A stretch of DNA of 64,000 nucleotides, taken from positions 340 through 64,339 of the forward strand of contig NW_021832258.1 of the NCBI RefSeq assembly GCF_006345805.1, given 5' to 3'. The notes beneath the pieces are model-generated. The model did not search any database. It was given only the letters and a program-made list of their open reading frames with translations, and was not told the origin of the DNA. Made by a program: the position numbers and the translations under genes. Shown piece after piece: positions 1 to 12,904 of the stretch. Source of the DNA: Octopus sinensis. Taxonomy: Eukaryota. Numbering within the stretch: the first letter of the stretch is position 1; every line of letters begins with the position of its first letter.

Positions 1-729
1 AACGCTTACAACTAAATTATTGACACAATTGCGATTTTGTACGGTATCACCTGTTTAATAGAATATCGTCTCTGCTTCTATAATATATAGAATACGAAAT
101 ATCAACGGTAGACGTACATAAGTGGACACACACACACACACGCACACGCATTAATTTGTGTGCATATATATTGTATGTATGTATGTATGTATGTATGTAT
201 GTATGTATGTAGTATGTATGTATGTATGTATGTATGTATGTATGTATGTTTGTATGTATGTATGTATATATATATATATATTATATATAGATATATAATA
301 ATCTGTAGATAATATATACGAGGTGTGTATGAAAAGTCTTGAGCCTCAAAAAACAAAACATGGTACAAGAAGGTATAAGATTTCAAGGCTAAAAACTTAT
401 CAGATATGTATATATATATTTATATATATATATGCATACATATGCGTGTGTGTGTGTGTGTGTGGTAAAATGAATTCACTGATACATGTTTCTATAGACA
501 TATCGCTTACGTGTACACACACCTACGCACATACGTATACAAATACTTATGTACAGATATATATGCCTACCTATCTACACATGTACATATATATATATAC
601 ATGTATAGGTCCATACATACATAAATTCATGCGTATGTATATTCATACATACATTCTTACACATACATACATACATGAATACATACATGAATACATACAT
701 ACATACATACATACATACATACATACATA

Positions 730-960
730 CAAAAAAAGAGGACATTTATGGACAATTGATTGGGAGTTTTCAAATTCAGTATCCCAGATTCACTTTTAGT
801 TTCATGCCCATTATTATTGGAGCAACAGGGTACATACCAACTCGTCTGGAATAAAGTATAACTGATGTTGGGATCTTGAGAAGAGAACCCAAATCCTTTA
901 TTCATATGCTACATATCAAGGGTAATAAAAATCTGCAAGGCCTTCTTAAATCTTAAAGGA
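730..960 (+). mobile_element. 3' fragment of an REL-endonuclease non-LTR retrotransposon (R2/R4/NeSL-like C-terminus), degraded
   Basis: Translates across stops and shifts to EDIYGQLI..FQIQYP.FTFSFMPIIIGATGYIPTRLE..., resembling the PIIIG.xG motif that ends REL ORFs. A related terminus (TMKICKTFLAFKG*) occurs near 40880-40931. Confidence 0.55.
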
Positions 961-1449
961 TACTCAACAAACCTGATGCTTTCCTTCACAACATTGCTTC
1001 CAAGTAGGTGGTTGGTTAAATTTTACTCTAAATTAAAAAGAGAACATACACACGCGTACTCATAAATACATATACTAAAGATTATACGTATTCTACAAGG
1101 AAGATACACGTCTACGCACATATTCATGCATACATAGATACATAGAGGCTTAAATAATACAAACATACGTGCACACAGAGAATTCATTTAACTGACAAGA
1201 TAAACAGATCCACCTTTGCACTAACATATACGAAGTTTGATCAAAAAGGATCTAGTGCTGCAAAAGGAAAACACAACATATCAATTTGGCATTTAATCTC
1301 TTTCGAAGTAGACCCCTGCTGAATTCGAACACTTTATCTAGGTGTCGTTTCCATTGATTGAAGTTTACTGGAATTCCTTTTTTGGGATACCGAGCAGCTG
1401 ACTCGTTGCATTTTATTGGGTTTCAACGACGTCTTAAAATCTTGTTTCC

Positions 1450-1620
1450 TTCAAGTAGGATTTGATTTCTGCCTTCGTTTCGGGCTCGCGGTCATAACCC
1501 CACAATTCTTCATCCGTTATGGTTCTTTTCAAAATGTTTTCGTTTTCCATGACACAACCAAAGAGACCCTGCGTGATTGAAACCCGGTCTTCTTTTTGAG
1601 ACGTTCTCACTCTACACACT
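1450..1620 (-). mobile_element. mariner transposase remnant
   Basis: ORF 1434-1682 contains EDRVSITQGLFGCVMENENILKRTITDEELWGYD.EPETKA, resembling the mariner ..FL.RIITGDE.W..YDPETK region around the first catalytic Asp. Confidence 0.6.
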
Positions 1621-2050
1621 TTACTCCCAGACTCTGCTATTAACAACGGATGTGAGCAAGAACGTTGTAACTTAGTGTGCATGCACGACAGAGTTCAAGG
1701 TCATTATGTGCCAAGTGTCTTTTCTGTTACTATACCAACAATCTTGATACCCTTTAATCAGACCTCCTGTGCACACATGCGTACACAAATGTACGCATCT
1801 TAAAATGAGTTTCTCTTGATTTGGAATTCCATTTTCACTTAATATTTTATGCAGTCAGTCTGCTCAAAGTATGTCGTCAGGTGAAACATTATGTCCCGTT
1901 CCTTTCAACACGATCTTCACAATAAATTTGACTGTACTCTCAGGGTAGTGTAGCTTACACCGGAAAGTGGTCGGTTGTTATTTTGCTACTCTTAAAATAA
2001 CTGTCATTTAACATGCACGCACAAATGTATAAGCATGGATGTCTCTATAC

Positions 2051-2129
<79 letters not shown>

Positions 2130-2186
2130 TACATACATACATACATACATACAACAGTGCGTACGTGAGTGAGTGAGTGAGTGTGT

Positions 2187-2217
<31 letters not shown>

Positions 2218-2470
2218 CAAGAAGAAAAATGCACAGAATGTAAATATTATATTTTCATGAGGTAAAATGCTTACATAGTCAACCGGTTTCGCTTTCGCTT
2301 ATCATGACTATGAAATTAGTGAAAATATTACAATTTTATGGTATCATAAGATGCCTTTGCTTTAATAGTAGTTATACTGACTCCAGAACTTAGCTGGTAT
2401 TTTAGTTTATCGACTTTTGGATGGTTGAATTTAGCTGATTTCATTAGAATTATTTTTCCCACTTCGGGAC

Positions 2471-2578
2471 TTTTAGATGGAAATAATTTACATTTGTAAG
2501 TAATTTCTTCCGCATCTATTTACATTTTAGATGGAAATAATTTACATTTGTAAGTAATTTCTTCCGCATCTATTTACA
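2471..2578. repeat. perfect 2 x 54-bp tandem duplication
   Basis: TTTTAGATGGAAATAATTTACATTTGTAAGTAATTTCTTCCGCATCTATTTACA at 2471-2524 and 2525-2578. Confidence 0.9.
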
Positions 2579-3176
2579 TTTTACACATTGGCGAGGGAAA
2601 TTTTGTTGAAAAATCGAATGGATAATCTCGATCAACCGGAATCCGTTTCGAAATTTTAATTTTATCTTCTACACATCCACTGGCGATGTTTGGTTTTTAC
2701 TTCATTGTGAAAAGTACAATAAAAGAGGGAAGAGCGAGTAAGAATTTTTAAAAATGTGAATTACAAATATTTCAGAATGTGGAATACAATGAAATAGCAG
2801 ATGATTACGATAAAGACGAACAATTTTAGCGGTTGTTTCTCTTCAAAAGGCACGATGAGCGTGTCTGTGAGTGTTGGGCAGGGTGGGGTGGGGGAAGTTG
2901 TGGATCAGATAAACATTTAAAAGACTATGATTTTTAAAATTCTTGTTTAAGAAGGCTTTCCTTCATTGCTTTGCAATGCATGAAAAGAAAAGAGAAAATC
3001 CCGACAAAATCGGGGTCAAATGAAGAGGGTCGTGGAAAACTGGCGTATAATATGAAATTAACAAAACTTGACTGAATCTAAAAACTCAACATAAAATATT
3101 CTACGTTATTTACATTATTTATATCATTTACATTATTTACATTCGAAGGATATTTGTCTTCATCTTGTTTGTTGTT

Positions 3177-3222
3177 AACACAATGTTTCGGCTGATATAC
3201 CCTCAAGCTTTCATCAGGTGTC
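3177..3222 (-). ncRNA. minimal type I hammerhead ribozyme motif (degenerate copy) in a ~165-bp repeat spanning ~3100-3262
   Basis: Minus strand reads GACAC CUGAUGA A AGCU UGAGGGUAUAUC AGCC GAAAC AUU GUGUU. Core CUGAUGA...GAAA is present, stem I is GACAC/GUGUU, and stem II has one mismatch. Second copy at 30636-30681. Confidence 0.7.
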
Positions 3223-3265
3223 TTGGGGAAATTTTGAACCTGGGTTCTCATTCCTAAGGTATATT

Positions 3266-3296
<31 letters not shown>

Positions 3297-3334
3297 GTAT
3301 TATTATATTATTACTATTTTTATTATATTTATTA

Positions 3335-3376
<42 letters not shown>

Positions 3377-3688
3377 GTTTGGACTTGCTTTATATTTGTA
3401 CAAGTTGGCTCCAAGTCTCACCCGGAGACCTCAAGAGACAACAGGTTGGAAATTCACGTTGTTGTTATGCCTAGTATGCCATATATTTGGTTGTTTTTTG
3501 TGTTGTACTAGTAGATGTCTAAAAAAAAATGTTTGTTTTAAACCTTGAGGTTACATAGAAAGTATTTTGCATAGGATATGAGCAGTTCCCATGGGTACTA
3601 TCTTTTGAATTTCTGCCATTTTTGGGTTTCCTGGTATCTGAGTTAGGTAGCAATCAGCCCCTTTTGCTATCATTCCCAGGGCACCCAT
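3377..3688 (-). mobile_element. 5'-truncated Dong/R4-like non-LTR retrotransposon 3' end, within (AAT)n
   Basis: Minus strand encodes GALGMIAKGADCYLTQIPGNPKMAEIQKIVPMGTAHILCKILSM*, a typical R4/Dong REL C-terminus, followed by 3' UTR and an (AAT)n tail. Confidence 0.8.
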
Positions 3689-3804
3689 TCTTCTTCTTCT
3701 TCTTCTTCTTCTTCTTCTTCTTCTTCTTCTTCTTCTTCTTCTTCTTCTTCTTCTTCTTCTTCTTCTTCTTCTTCTTCTTCTTCTTCTTCTTTTCTTATTA
3801 TGAG

Positions 3805-3845
<41 letters not shown>

Positions 3846-3852
3846 ATGATTA

Positions 3853-3925
3853 TTCAGGTCACTGCCTGGAATCGAGCTTGGAATCTTAGGGTTAGCTCGC
3901 GCTCTTAATCACTATGCCATATACC
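3853..3925 (-). mobile_element. tRNA-derived SINE head
   Basis: Minus strand TATGGCATAGTGATTAAGAGCGCGAGCTAACCCTAAGATTCCAAGCTCGATTCCAGGCAGTGACCTGAA has A-box-like TGGCATAGTGA and B-box-like AGCTCGATTCC, and runs directly into (AAT)n. Confidence 0.75.
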
Positions 3926-3963
3926 GAAAATTCCGAGTTCGATTCCAGACAGTAACAGAATAA

Positions 3964-3995
<32 letters not shown>

Positions 3996-4127
3996 TAATA
4001 ATAATAATAATTAATAATGATGATAATATAATAATAATAATAATAATGATAATAAAAATAAAAAAAAAAAAAATAATAATAATAATAATAATAATAACAA
4101 CAACAACAACAACAACAACAATAATAA

Positions 4128-4687
4128 TAGATACCCTGATGCAGTACCAGGCAGTGGCTTTCATGGCTTCTGATCTTAACTGATTGGATGTGTTATCATG
4201 TACATTGTTTTGTCTTGGTATAAAAGATGGGCTACAGCAAATATTCTGCTCAATACCACAGATTTTCTTGTCAGTTGTTTAACCATAACCAGTTGACCAT
4301 GTCCCTTAGTGGCTGACGATATGTACATCTCTGATCACAAGCAGAAGTAGTGGGAGAGTATCATAGCCATGTGTTGAAAGGAATTCTTAGAGGTTTGAAT
4401 AATTCACCTTTGGAAACATGGGTGTTTCGTTCAACATCCTTAAAGAATCCTTATTCAAGGACCTTTTGAGCGGGATGGGCTACTCAACCAGAAGAAAATT
4501 CTAATTGGGCTCCACCTGCAAGGTCATGTGCTGTTTATCTTGATATGAGATCACTATGTCGCGCACATATGGTTGTGATGCATGTGCGTAGTGCACCCTT
4601 ATAAGACGGGTAGTCATGATGGGTATACTGGGGCTTCGTATATTTTACCCCAGTGTCACTTTGATGGCATGCACTGCTCTCTCACTC
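4128..4687 (+). mobile_element. ~560-bp non-coding interspersed element flanked by (AAT)n (copy 1 of 4)
   Basis: Homologous to 10656-11211 (inverted), 31031-31311 (partial, inverted) and 60427-60643 (internally deleted). Ends ...CTCTCTCACTC(AAT)n. Confidence 0.8.
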
Positions 4688-4735
4688 AATAATGATGATA
4701 ATAATAATAATAATAATAAAATAATAATAATAATA

Positions 4736-4786
<51 letters not shown>

Positions 4787-5425
4787 TAATAATAATAATA
4801 ATAATAATTAATATTATTATTATTATTATAATCAGTCTCTTTGTTATTAAAGTATGTTAGCATACTATATAAGAACTCAGTACTTGAGAAACTAGACGTA
4901 AATCAGTTTTTTATTCAGTAATGGCTGACAGAGACCCAGTTCTGTTTCGACCTTTATGGTTTGTTTCAAAACCAATAACATGTTATCGGCTTTGGAAGAA
5001 GAAAAAAATACTTTAACATATAAATCTTTAAGCTGCACAAACAATCATATCACAAACATATACATTAGTAAACAGATTCATAGGTAATAGTGTAACTATG
5101 TAGGTATAAATATGTTTATCTCTCACTTTCTCTCTCTCTAGGAATCTAACACACACACACATACATACATTCATACATACATACATATATATGTATAACA
5201 TATATACATATATATATAGATACATGATCTATATATATATATTATATATTATATATATATATATATATATAGATATATATAATATATATCTATATGGAAT
5301 ATATGCTATATAATATATATATATTTAAATATTATATGTCTATATATATATGCATATATATATGGAATTATGTATGAATGTATGTTTATATATATACATA
5401 CATACATATATATATATAATATATA

Positions 5426-5529
<104 letters not shown>

Positions 5530-5663
5530 CATCATTCATATTTGTACACACTTGTTTTTTTAAAAGCGTGAAATAAGATTCCCTTCTTGCATACATTCAT
5601 AAATATGTTTGCATATACACACATATACACACACACACACCATTATATATGCATATGTATAAT

Positions 5664-5746
<83 letters not shown>

Positions 5747-6310
5747 TGTGTGTGCGTCCGCGCATACACGAAGTTATACTAACACACTAGGGTGGAAAAG
5801 AAAAGAGAGAGTGTGAGATCATAAATGTTAAGCAGCTGTTTCATGATTTTTCAGTTTATTATTAAGGAAGGACAAGACACAGATATTAAGTGTCGTAAAA
5901 CAGGAAATTACATTTCTCAGACTTTACTATTTCATGAAGTCAACTGATTCGACGAATTTTATGGATCTCCTCTTTTATTCATTCATTTATCTATTTATCT
6001 ATCTATTTATGTCTATATTTATTTATTTATTTATTTATTTATTTATGCATTTATTTATTTATTTAGCGGTGGACACAGAAGATGGTGTAGAGTGAGAAAA
6101 ATTATTTTGATGGTACAACCTGCTGATGGTACTGGTGCTGCTGCTCCTGTTGATGATGATGATGATGATGATGATGACGACGACGCCGACGATGTGAATA
6201 ATGATGCTGATATGACGACGACGATGATGATGATGGTGATGATGCTGATGATAATGATGACGATGGTGATGATGATCATGATCATGACCGTTGTCACCAC
6301 CACCACCACC

Positions 6311-6344
<34 letters not shown>

Positions 6345-6525
6345 TCATTGTCATCATCATCATCATCAACATCATCATTACCATTCTAGTAGTGGTGTTC
6401 TATTGTCTATGTCGAATCTTATCGTGTTGTCTTTATTGAAAGAAGTTCCATAACCCGGCGACCGGGCGTGGCTTCTGCAGCGAGAGCTTCTCGCCATTAT
6501 CTTCAGCAATATTTTTGCAATCAAA

Positions 6526-6790
6526 GGCGGTGAGCTGGCAGAAACGTTAACACGCCAGGAAAAATCTTAGCAATATTTCATCTGTCTTTACATTCTGAGT
6601 TCAAATTCCACCGAGGTCGACTTTGCCTTTCATCCTTTCAAAATCGATGAATTAAATACTAGTTTTGTACAGGGGTCGATCTGATCGACTGGCCCCCTTC
6701 TCCAAAATTTCGGTCCTTGTCCCTAGAGTAGAAAAAAATCGACTGGCCCTCTTCCCCAAAATTTCGGTCCTTGTCCCTAGAGTAGAAAAA
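6526..6790 (+). mobile_element. tRNA-like-headed SINE (GGCGGTGAGCTGGCAGAA family) with 18-bp TSD
   Basis: AATATTTTTGCAATCAAA at 6508-6525 and 6791-6808. The 3' ~53 bp is duplicated in tandem. Confidence 0.9.
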
Positions 6791-6974
6791 AATATTTTTG
6801 CAATCAAATGGTTAAGCATGCCATTTGTCTACAACCCATTACTCACTTCTTCCCCCACCTTCATCACACCATTTTTCGTTTTCTTTGTATCCTTGACCCT
6901 AGTACTTATTTATTTTGCATCGTTTTCTATCCAAACTGCTCCAGCCTTTGAAACGTCATCCTTGCTGTATATGG

Positions 6975-7528
6975 CCGACCATTATTATCCCCATGGAAGG
7001 ACACATTTCGTCTTGAAACCAAAGAAGGGCGTTTTTCTTCGAGCGTAGGTGTCGATGGATAGTTGAATGACCAAATCCAAGCTTCTCTGCTAGTTCTTCA
7101 ACAGTTACGATGGGAGTTTGTTCCATCAGGTTTTGCAGGACGTCTTCGTCGAGCTCTACAGATCTTCCAGAACGAGGACCATCTTCTTGGCTGTAGTTTC
7201 CGGCTCGGAATTTCTGGAACCACCATTGACACTGGCTTAAACTTATTGTCCAGTTCCCATATACTGCATTAATATTCTTCGCTCTTTCCGTTGCGCTGTT
7301 GCCCTTATTGAACTCATAAAACAAAATATGCTGAATATGCTCCTTTATCACTTTCATTTTAGCTTCGAAAAAATAACTGTACTCTTCAAAACTTGCACTA
7401 AGAATAAATACAAGGTAAAATTACTACTTTCTGTTATAGCACGTTGATGCAGGTAGTTTATCCCGCCCTCCTCCGACTTTTAGTTCATGCAATTGTAAAA
7501 ACAGCATTATTTATGGGATGACCCAATA
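6975..7528 (-). mobile_element. internally deleted mariner element; N-terminal HTH of transposase (ORF 6956-7357)
   Basis: KEHIQHILFYEFNKGNSATERAKNINAVYG...QWWFQKFRAGNYS.ED.PRSGR..ELDEDVL..TVEELAEKLG..HSTIHRHL is a Mos1/SETMAR-like HTH. Terminus TATTGGGTCATCCCATAAATAATGC lies on the minus strand from 7528; the left end is uncertain. Confidence 0.85.
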
Positions 7529-7579
7529 ATACAACAACGACAACCACTCCTACTGCTGCTACTACTAATGCCACTGCTG

Positions 7580-7637
<58 letters not shown>

Positions 7638-8025
7638 CATCGCCAACGCCAGTTAGTACTTAGCATTGGAGTACTTCATTTATTACTGGTATTGATTCGA
7701 CTCTCACGTCACGCATTTTGCTCATTTCAGTTTGAAATATTCTTGCTTCTTGACAGTTTCGTCACTCACTTCTGGACAATGTTTTGCTCGTCTCTCAACA
7801 AGCAGTCATCTGCGTTGTTCCTTTGCTTTTTTTTATTCTTTTGCTTTTAAATGTTTACTTCTCCCCCCCCCCATTCTCAGTTTGAACAGTCATGGCCATC
7901 CCAAGCGATTCTGATTGAGCCGTTGTCAAACAAAGTGATATATTCGATTAGTTTCAGTCATCGGACTGTGCCATGCTGGGAGCAGTGCCTCAAGGGACTA
8001 GTTGAAGAAATTGATCGCAGTAATT

Positions 8026-8071
<46 letters not shown>

Positions 8072-8335
8072 AAGATAGGTACTTATTGTGTCAGATACTT
8101 CTGCCGAACCGCTAGATTACGGGCATGTAAACAAAGCAACATTGGTGGTTGTGGTGCAACAAAAACAAACACAATGACACACAAATATATAGATACTTAC
8201 ATAAATGTACACATAGATACATACATACATACATAAAACACACATACATACATACATACATACATACATACATACATAATACACACATGCATAAATACAT
8301 GCATACATGTATACATACATACATGCATGCATACT

Positions 8336-9095
8336 CCACCACCACCACCGCCATCATCCCCCCACCACAACCACCGCTATCATCACCACCAAAACCACCA
8401 CCCCACGACCACCACCGCTATCATCACCACCAACCCTCCCCGCCAACCCCCCCACCGCCATGATCACCTCCAAAACCACCACAGTTCCACCACCGCCATC
8501 ATCACCACCAAAACCACCACCCTACCACCCCACCACCCTACCACCCACCACCACCGCCATCATCACCACCGCCATCATCACCATCGCCATCTCACCACCA
8601 AAACCTCCACCCCACGACCACTACCGCTATCATCACCACCAAAACCACCCCCGCCAACCCCACCACCATCCCTCCACTAAAACCACCACCCCACCACAAC
8701 TACCGCCATTATCACCACCAAAACCACCACAGTACCACAACCGCCACCATCATCACCACCAAAACCACCACCCCACCACAACCACCACCAAAATCACCCC
8801 CATCATCACTACGAAAACCTCCACCCCACCGCCACAACCACCACCACTGTCACCACCACCACCACCTCCATCACTGTCACCATCATCACCACCACTGTCA
8901 TCACCACCACCACCACTACCATTGTCACCACCTCTACCACTGTCACCACCATCACCAATACCACAAACTCTACCACCGTCACCACCACTACCACCACCAC
9001 CACCACCACCACCATCACTACCGCCACCTCTACCACCACCACTTCTACCACCACCACTTCTACCAGTCTCCACCACCACCACCTCCACTACCATG
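8336..9095. repeat. cryptic (CAC/CAT)n triplet-derived low-complexity tract
   Basis: Recurrent units such as CCACCACCGCCATCATCACCACCAAAACCACC. Several overlapping open frames of biased composition on both strands. Confidence 0.85.
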
Positions 9096-9099
9096 TCAT

Positions 9100-10390
9100 C
9101 CTACGCTTGTTCTTGTAAATCTTGGCTCAGATCCTCTGCCTATAATCCAATTTGCGTTTTCCTTCTATACCTTCTCATCACCCCAAACCTTTTCCCAAAC
9201 GTTTTTCACTTCTTCCATGGAAGATAGGGGTCTTCGATGTTTATCTTTCTCCTTCCTTATTTCTCTGTAAAATGTTTTCGCATTGGATGTAAACAACTTA
9301 TTTTTCTTGTAAAACTTGTTCCTCTTCTCAAATCTTCGTATTCTTTGAGCTTCTACTTGGAATTTCTGTTGATATAAGTTCTTGCCTTGATGAAAATTCA
9401 TACTCTCTCATCATCTTTCATTCTCTTTTGGATCTTACATAATTTTCAGAGATTATTTCATCTAACATTGATATTTCCCAAATCAGGTTTTCCTCGTTTA
9501 TTTCGAGGCATACAACTGGTTTCAATTGCCTTAGCAATTTCATTTAGTTAATTTCATGTAACTGAGATCAGGTTTTAATGCTTGTATGATTCTTTTTGTT
9601 ACATACTTGTCAATTTTAATTAGCTTTTTGCTTTTTTAAAAATATTTTTGGTTGTATTTAAGAGTTTATGAAGTGGTTCTCTATCCTTTATACCTGTATG
9701 TCTTGTAATTTCAAGCTTATTCTAAATTTTCTGAATCATTTCTATTAGAAATTCACTGTACTCTTCAGTATATGCGTGATGTTCAGATACAATTTTTTTT
9801 GCTACTTTATCAGATTCAATAGAATTTCTTATTTATTCAGGCCTTTGTGAAATTTGATCAGATGAGAGTCTTTCAATTAAGATTCGTCGTAGCCTATTCT
9901 TTCCATTGGAATCTTCCTTTCTTTTTTTTCTAATATTTAGGCAATATTCTGCGTGATTTATCGCGAATATTTCAGTATCTGTGAGTCTATTATTTCAGAG
10001 GATATCCCTCCTCACATTTGCAAACTTGTTTTCACCTAAACAGGGTTTACTATCTTGATTTCCTGTTCTCCATTTTTCTTAAGAGTTTGCGGTATGTCTC
10101 TCTTGATATAGCCAACCTAATGCGTAATAATAAGCGTATATTATTTCTTTATAATCTTCGCGTGTGTATTGGATCCTCTTGCTTAATCTTTTTCTGTTTG
10201 TGGCGGCTGTGGTGGTGAAGTCGGAGTGATAGAGTTGGTGCTGTTCCTGTTCAAGTGACCATCCAAGTTAGTATTTGGAGAAGAGTTTGTGCCAGTGGAT
10301 GACTTTTCGACCTAACGCCTAGCTCTCCCTTGAGGGACGTGCTTCCAGATTAACCATAGGACAAAGGATTTGGTGTGCTGTTTTAATTTT
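9100..10390 (-). mobile_element. 5' portion of a Dong/R4-like non-LTR retrotransposon, degraded and 3'-truncated
   Basis: ORF 9165-9401 QKFQVEAQRIRRFEKRNKFYKKNKLFTSNAKTFYREI...EEVKNVWEKVWGDEK resembles the pre-RT region of R4/Dong ORFs. The minus strand upstream is A-rich and coding-like, and the 5' end abuts (AAT)n. Confidence 0.7.
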
Positions 10391-10410
10391 TCTTTTTTGT
10401 TGCCTAAAAC

Positions 10411-10515
<105 letters not shown>

Positions 10516-10547
10516 CTTCATCTTCATCATCATCATCATCGTCATCG

Positions 10548-10606
<59 letters not shown>

Positions 10607-10655
10607 GTCATCGTCATCATCATCATCATCATTATCATCATCATTATCATCATCA

Positions 10656-11209
10656 TGCGAGAGTAGTGCATTCAATCAAAGCGACACTGGGGTAAAATAT
10701 ACGAAGCCCAGTATACCCATCATGACTACCCATCTGATAAGGGTACACCAGGCACATGCATCACAGCCATATGTGCGCAACATAGTGATCTCATATCAAG
10801 ATAAACAGCGCATGACCTTGCAGGTGGGGCCCAGTAAGAATTCTCTTGTGGTAGAGTAGCCCATCCCGCTCAAAAGGTCCCTGAATAAGGGTTGTTTAAG
10901 GATGTTGAAAGAACCACCCATGTTTCCAGAGGTGAATTATTCAAACCCCAAAGAATCCCTCTCAACACACGGCTATGATACTTTCCCACTACTTCTGCTC
11001 GTGATTATAGATGCACATATCGTCAACCACTAAGGCACATGGTCAACTGGTTAAGGTCAAACAAGTGACAAGCAAATCTGTGGTATTGAGCAGAATATTT
11101 GCTGTAGCCCATCTTTTATACCAAGACAAAACAAGGTACATGATAACACTTCCAATCAGTTAAGATCAGAAGCCATGAGAGCCACTGTCTGGTACTGCAT
11201 CATGTCATC

Positions 11210-11211
<2 letters not shown>
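10656..11211 (-). mobile_element. ~560-bp (AAT)n-associated element, copy 2
   Basis: Reverse complement of 4128-4687, flanked by (CAT)n/(ATT)n and (ATT)n. Confidence 0.8.
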
Positions 11212-11249
<38 letters not shown>

Positions 11250-11332
11250 GTAATTGTTGTTGTTGTTGTTCTTCTTCTTTTTCTTCTTCTTTTTCTTCTT
11301 ATCATTATTATTATTATTATTATTATTATTAA

Positions 11333-11386
<54 letters not shown>

Positions 11387-12904
11387 GATCAATAGCTGCA
11401 GAACTCCTGTAAAAATTCCAGTCACTTTTACACTTTATGGGCAACCTTTTAGAGTTGATCCCGTTTGTTCGGTGAAAACTTGTTGAAAATGATAAACCCT
11501 CGTGAAACAACTGAAAACTTTTACCAAAGTTTGAAATTATTAGCATTTTCAATACTCTTCATCTCATTATTATTTATGATTTCACTGTTGGACTTAACTG
11601 GATGGAACCAGAAACTATGAAGTGGCTGCTATCGCTAAATTCCAGGTTTTAGTTGGAACAAATGGGAAATACGATAATATTGAAATTATTGCAAAAAAAA
11701 TGTGTTTTATGTAATACAAAGAATTTGGTTTTTCATATCATACGCCTTTGTCTTTGCACTTATATTCATTCATTCAGTCAAACATTTCACAGAATAGCCA
11801 TATGAAGTACACCAATCGTACAATCCTCAGAAACCATATCAGCATTATCAGACAACCATACAACCATAAACGAAGTTAAAACGAAAAATCATATAACGAA
11901 ATCTAAAAGAAAAAAGAGAGAAATGTAATAGAAAAAAAAAAGATTGTTTCAGAAAACATCCAAGACTAACAACAACAGCAACAAGAACGACACAAAGAAA
12001 ATCAATCACTTAAACTAACAAACAAACGAAATATTCGTTTGAGCAAGACAGAAGTTGTAACATGCGGACGAATCTCTGAAAAAAAAATGAAAAGAAAAGA
12101 AAAATAAAGAATATAACTAAAAAAATAAAAAAAAATAACCTAAACAATGAAATAATAAGCAATAAATACAAAACGGCTGATCTAATCATATGGTCTGCTT
12201 CACTCACAAATCCTCATAAAACTTCGATATCTCTCCATCGAAGACTTGTAATCAATAAGAGAAGAGCATGGAAAAGGGCAGGATCAATACTATCCTCTTC
12301 ACCATCACCTTTACTATAGCTTCCCCTTCATGATGATGATGATGATGATGATGAAGGTTGATAGAAAGACCAAATATGTGGCGGCCCAGACTGGATTTTA
12401 ATTTAACTAACTTATGGATAGTTGTTCTTCAAACTTTATGTTTCAACTTTTTTATTATTAAATGCCGCACAAAAATAATGTTCTCTGTCCATATTCCATT
12501 TTCCTATTATTTCTATTTCTAGATTATTGAATTTACAAACTATTTTTTTCCATTCTCTTTCATTGATATGCGTTTATCGATTGGACAAGACACGCCAATC
12601 GGTGGAAACATTCGAAATCCGGATTCTTTGTGTTCTTTATGACAAGTTTCCATTGTGTGTCTCCTATCTCTGTTTGTGCGTTGCCTCATATCTCAGACAA
12701 CATAAAATGCATTGAACTTCTTTCGGAATATATGCATATTTTCATCATGTTCTAATGAATGTTGCTAACGGCTGTTAATCTCCGGCGAGATTTGAAACCG
12801 AAATAATGTGGCGCAGCTATGACTGCTGTTAAGGAACTGAAAATATACTCGAGTTAAAGTTTTTAAAGACTGGTACTTCATCTGTCTATTTGCCTAACTG
12901 CTAT

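Noticed and set aside
318-385. TACGAGGTGTGTATGAAAAGT as the terminal repeat of the mariner remnant at 1450-1620
   Set aside because: It looks like a mariner terminus, but I found no matching opposite TIR and the intervening DNA is unrelated, so the link is unsupported.
8307-9227. 306-aa extensin/proline-rich ORF
   Set aside because: It arises from (CAC)n repeats that lack stops in several frames on both strands, and it runs into antisense LINE sequence.
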